Shown: piece by piece, positions 9,358 through 16,442 of the stretch
Numbering within the stretch: the stretch's first letter is position 1
Layout: every line of letters starts with the position of its first letter
Assembly: GCF_002310835.1 (NCBI RefSeq)
Contig: NZ_CP011041.1
Coordinates: 1,290,001-1,322,000 of the forward strand
DNA length: 32,000 nt
Reading direction: 5' to 3'
Source of the DNA: Pseudoalteromonas tetraodonis
GTDB taxonomy: Bacteria; Pseudomonadota; Gammaproteobacteria; Enterobacterales; Alteromonadaceae
Translations under genes and position numbers: made by a program
Notes under the pieces: model-generated
What the model was told of the DNA's origin: nothing
Seen by the model: the letters and a program-made list of their open reading frames with translations, nothing else
Database searches by the model: none

Positions 9358-10854
9358 ATGCCATTACCTTTATTTTTAGCGGGTGCAGCTATTGTAGCTG
9401 GTGGTTACGGAGTTAAAAAAGGGCTAGATGCGAAGTCTGACTATGATGAAGCTGATAGCATTAATAAGAGAGCTAGAAATATATTTGATGATGCAGAAAG
9501 TTCTTTAAATTCAAAACGTGAACAAGCAAATAGTTCAATGCTGGCTTTAGGAAGGACAAAATTCGATATATATGAGAATTCACTATTAAGTTTCGTGAAG
9601 AGCTTTAGTCAAATTAAAAATATTAATTTTAATGAGAGTGATATAAAAGGTTTAGAGTCTTTACCTGCTGTGGATAAAGCTGATTTAGAAAACTTAACTA
9701 ATTCCGTATTATCAACTCATGATGTTTTATCAGGTGGGGTTACAGCTCTTGGTACTGGTGGGTTAGCTGGCTTAGCTGCATATGGAGGAGTTGGTTTTTT
9801 AGGCACTGCATCAACAGGTACTGCAATAGGGTCTCTAACTGGTGTAGCAGCTACTAACGCTACTTTAGCTTGGTTAGGCGGTGGCTCGATTGCTGCAGGT
9901 GGCTACGGTATGGCAGGTGGTGCTGTTGTATTAGGTGGGTTAGTTGCTGGTCCAGTATTAGCTGTTGGTGGAATGATGCTCGCATCTAAAGCTGAAAGCG
10001 CAAAAATAGATGCATATTCAAATCGTGATAAAGCGAGATTAGCTGCTGAGCAAATGAAAACTGCTGAAGTCGTAACTGATGATATTCACCGTCGTTTTGA
10101 AGAAATTAATGATGTACTTCTTCGATTAAATACTTTCTTTAATTCTATGCTAAAAGAGTTTTGTGGCCTAGTTGCACGCAATATTGATTATTCAAGCTAT
10201 ACAGAAAATGAAAAAAAGCTAGTGTTTAAGGTAGCTGCTACAGCTAAGAGTATGAAGAACTTACTAGAAGTTGTAATAATTAATGAAGATGGCAGTTTAA
10301 CAAGTCAGTCAAACAATATTGCAAGCTTTGGAACGGCTATTATTGAAGGAGAACACCCTGAGCTAGCAAGTTTAGAACCAAACATTGAAGACCTTGATGT
10401 AAAGAAAGAGCCAGAGCCTAAAAAGGACTTAGAGCATTTCATTCGTGAGGTAAGTAGTCATATTGATGATCAAAAGTGGGTATATGCTTTATCACACGGT
10501 AAAAAGCTTAGAGATAAAACCGCATCAGCTGTAAAATCGTATGCACATGAAGACTATGAAGTTGATAGTGACTATAAGAGTGAGCCTTATGGTTTATTAG
10601 TGCTTATTGATACAACTCTTTTTGGTAGTGCCAAAGATGGTTTTTTCATAACTGACACGCATATTTATGGCAAGCCTTCTTACAATGATCGATTTAGCAT
10701 TGATATTAAGAAAATTAAATCAATCAGGGTTGATGATGATGATAGGGAGCTGAGTATAAATGGTGACTATTATGGCTACACACACACTGAAATTACTCCA
10801 GCGATGAAGTTAATTGTGAACGCAATTAAAAAATATTTAGAGCAATTTAAGTAA
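9358..10854 (+). CDS. Glycine-zipper membrane protein with coiled-coil flanks and C-terminal PH/GRAM-like domain
   Basis: 498 aa. Residues ~125-210 (nt ~9730-9987) read GGVTALGTGGLAGLAAYGGVGFLGTASTGTAIGSLTGVAATNATLAWLGGGSIAAGGYGMAGGAVVLGGLVAGPVLAVGGMMLAS, i.e. GxxxG-type zippers. The C-terminus YGLLVLIDTTLFGSAKDGFFITDTHIYG...IKSIRVDDDDRELSING resembles bacterial PH (YokE-like) domains. A GGAGG RBS lies inside the upstream gene's end. Confidence 0.7.
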   Translation: MPLPLFLAGAAIVAGGYGVKKGLDAKSDYDEADSINKRARNIFDDAESSLNSKREQANSSMLALGRTKFDIYENSLLSFVKSFSQIKNINFNESDIKGLESLPAVDKADLENLTNSVLSTHDVLSGGVTALGTGGLAGLAAYGGVGFLGTASTGTAIGSLTGVAATNATLAWLGGGSIAAGGYGMAGGAVVLGGLVAGPVLAVGGMMLASKAESAKIDAYSNRDKARLAAEQMKTAEVVTDDIHRRFEEINDVLLRLNTFFNSMLKEFCGLVARNIDYSSYTENEKKLVFKVAATAKSMKNLLEVVIINEDGSLTSQSNNIASFGTAIIEGEHPELASLEPNIEDLDVKKEPEPKKDLEHFIREVSSHIDDQKWVYALSHGKKLRDKTASAVKSYAHEDYEVDSDYKSEPYGLLVLIDTTLFGSAKDGFFITDTHIYGKPSYNDRFSIDIKKIKSIRVDDDDRELSINGDYYGYTHTEITPAMKLIVNAIKKYLEQFK

Positions 10855-10860
10855 CCTGTT

Positions 10861-10897
10861 ATTCGAGGGGGATACTGACCACCTCGAATCTTTTAAA
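10861..10897 (+). terminator. Hairpin, possible weak terminator or attenuator between genes 2 and 3 of module A
   Basis: ATTCGAGG (10861-10868) pairs with CCTCGAAT (10882-10889) around a 13-nt loop, followed by CTTTTAAA. Confidence 0.35.
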
Positions 10898-10922
10898 TAT
10901 ATTATCGAGCAATAAGCAGCTT

Positions 10923-12356
10923 ATGGAAAATACAAACTCTTCAGCGTCTATTTTGGGTGGGATCTATTCTCAACATTTAACGCAAGATATAACTGAGCGA
11001 ACATATCGGATATTCGGTGATGCAGACCAGCTATCTCAGTTTGCATCCAAATGGCAAAATGTAGTTGCTGATAAGTCTCAAGGTCATATGTTTGAGCAGT
11101 TAGAGACTATAAAATTTAACTTTGATGCCCTAAAAAAAGATAGCGACCTATATGCCAAAACTACTGCAAGTATGGGTTTACCTACAGATCCAGTTGACAT
11201 TATAATTTCAAACGGTAAAAAAACGATACGAGAGATACAGGCAAAGTCCTGTAACAGCGCGGCGAGAAGTGCGTTTGCTTTATCTCAAGAAAAGTATGAT
11301 GAAATGTTCCGCTTGGCTCCAAGTGATCAACACAGCAAAATAGAAGAGTTACTAAAGCAAAGAATACAAAAAGGCACGCTCAAAGCCGAAGATTATGAAC
11401 AGACACTCCGCAATCTAAAAAAGTCATTACAGCATGACGGTATTGCTTCAGAGGGAACAACCTACCAGGAAGCACTGGATGCAACAAATCAAGACCAAGC
11501 TGATAAAATAGCTAACAATTATAAGTTTAAATCTGCTGTTACTGATATGCATAAATCAGGTATGAAGGCTGGAGTTGTAGGGGCTAGTATAACTGGAGGG
11601 ATATCTATTTTAACTGGAGGCTACTCAGTAATAAAAGGTGAGAAAGATATTGCAGAAGCCTCTCTGAATACAGTAATTAACAGTGCAAAGGGTTTTGCAA
11701 CCGGTTATACCGTTACGGCGATCAGTAAAGGTATCACGCATTCTTCCTCTCATTTCTTAGGCGAGCAATTAGCTAAAAGTATCACGAGATCATCTGCGCC
11801 TGTTGCAATCGCTGTTGGAGTAGTTAATACAAGTAAGCACATAGTATCTTATTTAAAAGGTGATATAGAACTAGAAGAGTTAACCGATAATATAAGTCAT
11901 ATAGCTATAACGAGTACTTCATCTTTTTATTATGGTGCTTTGGGGCAGTTAGCGATTCCAATTCCTGTAGTTGGCGCCTTAGTAGGGGCGGGGGTTGGTT
12001 ATTTTATCGGGAATATGATCCATCAATCTGGTTTAGTTGCTTTAGGTGATAGTGCAGTCGTTAAAGCATCGAAAGAGCGCAGAGACCAAATACGCACTAT
12101 TTGTTTAGAAGCCATTCCACAAATTCAAAAAAATAGGGCTGAGCTTCAAAGCTTACTTGATAAACACTTTGCAGAAAGAGAACATATATTTGACTCGACA
12201 TTTTTAGCTATGGATTTGGCGGTAAGTAATACAGAACCAGATCAGTATATAGATGCTTTAAATTCTTTAAATGAAAGGTTTGACTGTGAGTTACCATTTC
12301 AAAACTTTGCCGAGTTTGATCAATTAATGCAAGCAGATCAGAGTTTTGATTTTTGA
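10923..12356 (+). CDS. Membrane protein with uncharacterised N-terminal soluble domain (possible PD-(D/E)xK-like) and glycine-rich TM segments
   Basis: 477 aa. The N-terminus has GHMFEQLETIKFN...DPVDIIISNGKKTIREIQAKSC. The Gly-rich hydrophobic segments are GMKAGVVGASITGGISILTGGY and LAIPIPVVGALVGAGVGYFIGNMI. The C-terminal part is helical. The stop overlaps the next start. Confidence 0.65.
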   Translation: MENTNSSASILGGIYSQHLTQDITERTYRIFGDADQLSQFASKWQNVVADKSQGHMFEQLETIKFNFDALKKDSDLYAKTTASMGLPTDPVDIIISNGKKTIREIQAKSCNSAARSAFALSQEKYDEMFRLAPSDQHSKIEELLKQRIQKGTLKAEDYEQTLRNLKKSLQHDGIASEGTTYQEALDATNQDQADKIANNYKFKSAVTDMHKSGMKAGVVGASITGGISILTGGYSVIKGEKDIAEASLNTVINSAKGFATGYTVTAISKGITHSSSHFLGEQLAKSITRSSAPVAIAVGVVNTSKHIVSYLKGDIELEELTDNISHIAITSTSSFYYGALGQLAIPIPVVGALVGAGVGYFIGNMIHQSGLVALGDSAVVKASKERRDQIRTICLEAIPQIQKNRAELQSLLDKHFAEREHIFDSTFLAMDLAVSNTEPDQYIDALNSLNERFDCELPFQNFAEFDQLMQADQSFDF

Positions 12357-12610
12357 TGGATTTCCCATGTACCAAATGCGGTAAATGCTGCTCAAACGTA
12401 AATTTATCACCTATTACCAGTTACCTGGATAGAGGCGATGGTACTTGTGAGCATTTTGATGATAACACCAAACACTGTAAAATTTACGACAATAGACCTG
12501 AAATTTGTCGAATAGAATTGCAGTTTAATAAATATTACAAAGAAAGATTTAGTTGGAACGAATTTATAGCAATCAACTTGGAGGTATGTGAAAAGCTATC
12601 TGAAAAGTAA
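12356..12610 (+). CDS. YkgJ-family Cys-cluster protein (CxxCxxCC, putative Zn/Fe-chelating domain)
   Basis: MDFPCTKCGKCC...GTCEHFDDNTKHCKIYDNRPEICR matches the CxxCxxCC / C-x-IY-x-x-RP-x-x-CR pattern of UPF0153/YkgJ. The ATG at 12356 overlaps the upstream TGA (TGATG). The track start at 12353 is a TTG. Confidence 0.8.
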   Translation: MDFPCTKCGKCCSNVNLSPITSYLDRGDGTCEHFDDNTKHCKIYDNRPEICRIELQFNKYYKERFSWNEFIAINLEVCEKLSEK

Positions 12611-12999
12611 ATAAAATAGGGAAATTTACATGGTTTTAAAGGTGTATTATGGCATATCTATAAATAGTTTGAGCTTGAAAATGGCACTATTGAATTGTTT
12701 TCGAACGACGAGTTTGTTACCCCAAGTAAGCCTTACTTGATTGAGGAGGCTAAAAAGTTGCATTTATCAATTTAAATGTTAATGGAAATCCACTTAAGAT
12801 GCGGCAGCTGTGATCTTTGTTGATTAAAGGGCTAAGTGATGAAAGTAGTTGTTTTATATCTTAATCATAAATTAAGATCACTTTATTTATCAAACTGCAA
12901 GTATGGAATGTGTCAGTTTTAAGTTGTCCAGAATGTGGTTGGCTTTTTGAGAGAAGTTCTCAACAGAAAAGCCATAATAAAAGATGTATTACAAGGGTG

Positions 13000-13033
13000 A
13001 ACCGGATCTGAGTTAACAAACACAGATCCGGTT
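13000..13033. terminator. Strong hairpin between convergent transcription units
   Basis: AACCGGATCTG (13000-13010) pairs with CAGATCCGGTT (13023-13033). It is followed on the + strand by TATTATTTAT. It lies 7 nt beyond the stop (13040) of the reconstructed minus-strand lipoprotein gene and overlaps the stop of a + strand mini-ORF (13009-13011). Confidence 0.55.
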
Positions 13034-13039
13034 TATTAT

Positions 13040-13404
13040 TTATACGCACTTAAAGTGGATGTATCTATATGAGGATGAAACTGCTTGTGATACAAAACCA
13101 TTATAAGTTTCTGTTGTCAAAATCGTAGGTGATGTTTCAGAACTATTCTCAACTAATATCTCGTATTTACCATCGCACATGTTAAACATTTTTTGTAAGC
13201 ATCTTCACGACGAGCTTCTTTTACAAAAGATGCGCCTTCATTTAAATAACGCATTATTCCAATATTATCATCATTTTGTTTTTCATTCTGTGGGGCGTAC
13301 TTACTAGTTTTAGTAACATCCCCTGGATGCCTTAACACATCAGCTGAGGTGCAACCTACTAGAATAGACACACATGTAATTGACAAGAAAGCTTTTTTCA
13401 TCAT
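13040..13404 (-). pseudogene. Lipoprotein gene interrupted by a frameshift in an A6 run (or assembly error)
   Basis: The track ORF 13153-13404 encodes MMKKAFLSITCVSILVGC (lipobox) ...EDAYKK and dies 14 codons after an A6 tract (T6 on + at 13189-13194). The adjacent frame reads on from that tract as MFNMCDGKYEILVENSSETSPTILTTETYNGFVSQAVSSSYRYIHFKCV, ending in TAA at 13040-13042. That second ORF has no RBS, and a hairpin follows immediately. Confidence 0.5.
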
Positions 13405-13678
13405 GTTCTCCTTTTAATGATTGCAAAAAATATAATAGATTATCAGTACTAATTTACGGTTAAAGACTGATCATATGGCTATGATTTTTAAGGAAAAAGG
13501 AATTATACCAGTCTCCTGTACTTTGGCAATCGAGTAAAACGTGGGAAGTCCATTTTCCTCTGGAGGCTTATCAAGTTTTGGAAAAAAGAAGTGGAATTGT
13601 ATATTATAAAGCTTTAAAGCTTCTGTAACTTATAGCTTTTTAGTAATAGCATTGATTTTTTAGAAGGGATGGAACTTT

Positions 13679-13927
13679 ATGGCAAAAAAGCAAAAATCAA
13701 TTGAGGAAAAGGTTATGAAAGTACTAAAAGCTAACCCTCATTTTAGCTATCAAGAGGCTTGTAGGTTTGTTCTAATTGAAAGAGAAAATAATATAAAAAA
13801 ATTTAAAAAACAGAATACTAAAAAACTATTAACTAACAAAGTTAGCAATACCAAAAAGAAGAAAAAACCACAAAAACGAAAAGCAAGTATATGGACAGTT
13901 TCTGGTGGTGCAGTATCGCCAAAGTAA
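13679..13927 (+). CDS. Small lysine-rich hypothetical protein
   Basis: 82 aa; the C-terminal half is highly basic (KKFKKQNTKKLL...NTKKKKKPQKRKA). GGGATGGAA RBS-like tract upstream. No recognisable family. Confidence 0.45.
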   Translation: MAKKQKSIEEKVMKVLKANPHFSYQEACRFVLIERENNIKKFKKQNTKKLLTNKVSNTKKKKKPQKRKASIWTVSGGAVSPK

Positions 13928-13982
13928 CTTTTAGCCAAATATTAATTTAAAATTATAAAGATTTACAAGAGCATGAAATTGA

Positions 13983-14372
13983 TTGGGAGATCAAGTGTCA
14001 AATAATAAAGATGCCATGAAGGCAAAGTTTGAAGAAATTAAATCATCAATGTGGTTAAAAAAAGAAAATGTCAGAATCATTACTGATGAAAATCGTAATG
14101 CAGAGCCTGAGCAAGAATTGGCTTTTGTTCTTACTTTTAGTGAGGCCTTGGAGTTATATAAAAAACTTAAAAAAGAACATTACGCAGTTTCAATAAGCCA
14201 TACTGAAAAGTTTAGAAACATACCTGCAGGCTGGAATTTAACAACGTGTGCTTCTTATTATATGGGAAAAAGGACTTTGAAAGAGGTGGAAAATGATAAC
14301 ATTAATGTATTTATCGCGGCTGGAATTAGTGAAGAGGAAGCTATAGAGCTCGTTAGTTGTGAGAATGTATAA
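13983..14372 (+). CDS. Hypothetical protein
   Basis: An open frame of about 125-129 aa. The track start is a TTG; a GTG at 13995 preceded by GGGAGA is a plausible true start. No recognisable motifs. Confidence 0.5.
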   Translation: MGDQVSNNKDAMKAKFEEIKSSMWLKKENVRIITDENRNAEPEQELAFVLTFSEALELYKKLKKEHYAVSISHTEKFRNIPAGWNLTTCASYYMGKRTLKEVENDNINVFIAAGISEEEAIELVSCENV

Positions 14373-14458
14373 CGCTTTTTACAAAAAGCTTCAATGTTAG
14401 AAATAGCTTGAGGCCCCTTCAATAAATAATATTACAACAAAGACAAGGAGCTAGTTTT

Positions 14459-16438
14459 ATGAATAAAGCTGAAGTGCACCGCAAAAAAGTTCAAGAAATC
14501 CTCGACGGCAATACTTTACATGGTCACCAAGTGAGTGCTGCCACAAAAACATTTAATGCATTCTCTAATGATGTGAGAGCTGTAGTAACAGCAGCTGAAA
14601 TGCAAGCTGGTAAATCTGGAATAGCGTTAGCTTTGTGTTGTTTGCAGCGTTTAAGCCTTGATGATGAAACAATTTGCCAAAAGCGCTCACTTAAAGACAC
14701 ATTATACTTAGTTACAATGCCAGATACGGCTTTGAGAGATCAAGCAGAAGATGATTTAAGACTTGCAAAGAATGTGGTTGTTAGTAACTTTGTTAATTTC
14801 GAAAAAGCCTTAGAAACAGATTTTAAAGGTAACCCTCCTAAATTAATCATCATCGACGAATGCCATTATGGTTCTAATGTTACCGGTATCCGATATAGCT
14901 CTGTGTTTGACTATCTAGAACAAGAAAATGACTCTTGCAAAGTAGTGTTTATCTCTGCGACACCTTTTGGCGCTCTATATGGTGCAGAAACAGAGTACGA
15001 AGAAGCGCTAGAGGCTAGTTCTGAAGCTGAGGAAGAGCATAACGACAAGCTGTTAAAAGAATCAACTCAAGCGGCGAGTCAAGCGCTTAAAGACTCTATT
15101 TTACGTCGTGATTTTGGTACTCGGTTGGTTTTTCATAAAACGAGTGATGAATACTACGGCGTACGGGAGATGCTAAAAAACAATCGCTTACACAATTTAA
15201 ATGACGAAGAAAGGAACTTCCTGGTTGACTCTGTACACCGCAAAAACTTTATGCAGCAATTCAATACTCATGAAGGCATGGGCTGGTCATTAGTTAGAGT
15301 TCCAGCAGGGACAGCAATGGATGCAAAGCAGTTCTTCATATCTGAAGGTGTTGATGAGGAAAATATTTATATACTAGGAAATTCACTTTCTGGAGTGCCA
15401 GAAGATGAGCTATCTACTATTGATAGGTTTAAAAAAGCATTTGAAGACAGTGAATTGTTTGGAGAAAAGTTAGTCGCGATTACAGTTGCAGGTTGCCGAG
15501 CAGGAATAAACTTCGGCAATTTAATGAAGAATAACCTTATTTCTACTTGGGATAGCACAGTTGCAAGTGTTGCTGCTGTTGTACAGGCTAATGTAGGTCG
15601 TGCGTGTGGGTATCACGGTAATAATACTTCAATGCACTTTACAAATGGGAATGCAGCTGAAGCCTATGGCGCTATATTGGATTACCTAGAACGCACATGC
15701 TCCGATCATGCTGCGTCTGATTTTGATGGCTTAAGAGAGTTTTTTGAAGACGTATGCCAAGAGTACCAAGTAAATGGTTTGGATGTAGGTTTAACAATAA
15801 AATATAAAAGGCGTAGGCCCATAGGTGATGTTGAAACATTCGAAACAGATCACTATGTAGCAGTACCAGCAAGGCTCCTGGACCAAGACTACGACTTTTC
15901 CCAGCATACCCAAGATAAGCTTCTTTTAAGTGCTATAACGGTCTTACGGGAAGAGTTTATTAAAAATGGAGCGCCGTCGGTAAAAGGTAGCAGAGCCATG
16001 CGAGGTAAAAAGAAAAACTGGATAAAAGCCCAGTGGGTTAATGGTGATAGCTATGATAATCCAGAAAAAGCTGGTGTAGACGGCCCTCAAAAAGATAGAA
16101 CAATAATGCTTACCAGCATGTTAGATAATGATGAATATGTTGAGTTTAATAGAGTCGTAGCCCCAGGCTCTGGGGAATTAACTGAGAATAAGTCAGTTAC
16201 AGCAACGGTGTTTAGCGTTTACAACATATCAAGACGTAAAGTGTCTAAAACAATAATGACGGAAAAAGATGTATGGGACATGTGTGATTATTTTGATATC
16301 CCTCATGACGATACTCTATTTGTATTATACAAGCGTGGTGAGTACGACTTTGATAGAACGTTAGCAAAAAAATCCCACAATGAGTTACCTGAAAAGTCAG
16401 GTACATTGAGTGACGAATCACAGTTTTCGGTTAAATGA
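14459..16438 (+). CDS. SF2 helicase-like ATPase, paralog 1 (DEAD/DEAH-type core + unknown C-terminal domain)
   Basis: 659 aa. Motif I is AEMQAGKSG (GKS at 14609-14617), motif II IIIDECHYG (DECH at 14855-14866), motif III FISATPF. Motif V/VI-like strings are AITVAGCRAGINFG and VQANVGRACGYH. AAGGAG RBS. Confidence 0.8.
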   Translation: MNKAEVHRKKVQEILDGNTLHGHQVSAATKTFNAFSNDVRAVVTAAEMQAGKSGIALALCCLQRLSLDDETICQKRSLKDTLYLVTMPDTALRDQAEDDLRLAKNVVVSNFVNFEKALETDFKGNPPKLIIIDECHYGSNVTGIRYSSVFDYLEQENDSCKVVFISATPFGALYGAETEYEEALEASSEAEEEHNDKLLKESTQAASQALKDSILRRDFGTRLVFHKTSDEYYGVREMLKNNRLHNLNDEERNFLVDSVHRKNFMQQFNTHEGMGWSLVRVPAGTAMDAKQFFISEGVDEENIYILGNSLSGVPEDELSTIDRFKKAFEDSELFGEKLVAITVAGCRAGINFGNLMKNNLISTWDSTVASVAAVVQANVGRACGYHGNNTSMHFTNGNAAEAYGAILDYLERTCSDHAASDFDGLREFFEDVCQEYQVNGLDVGLTIKYKRRRPIGDVETFETDHYVAVPARLLDQDYDFSQHTQDKLLLSAITVLREEFIKNGAPSVKGSRAMRGKKKNWIKAQWVNGDSYDNPEKAGVDGPQKDRTIMLTSMLDNDEYVEFNRVVAPGSGELTENKSVTATVFSVYNISRRKVSKTIMTEKDVWDMCDYFDIPHDDTLFVLYKRGEYDFDRTLAKKSHNELPEKSGTLSDESQFSVK

Positions 16439-16442
16439 GTCT

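Noticed and set aside
13750-13938. 62-aa minus-strand ORF
   Set aside because: It is the antisense shadow of the lysine-rich 82-aa ORF, so poly-K codons read as poly-F/L.
16410-16442. GTG start at 16410 for helicase paralog 2 (29-nt overlap with paralog 1)
   Set aside because: Alignment with the paralog-1 N-terminus (MNKAEVHRK vs MNQAEKHRE) supports the ATG at 16443.
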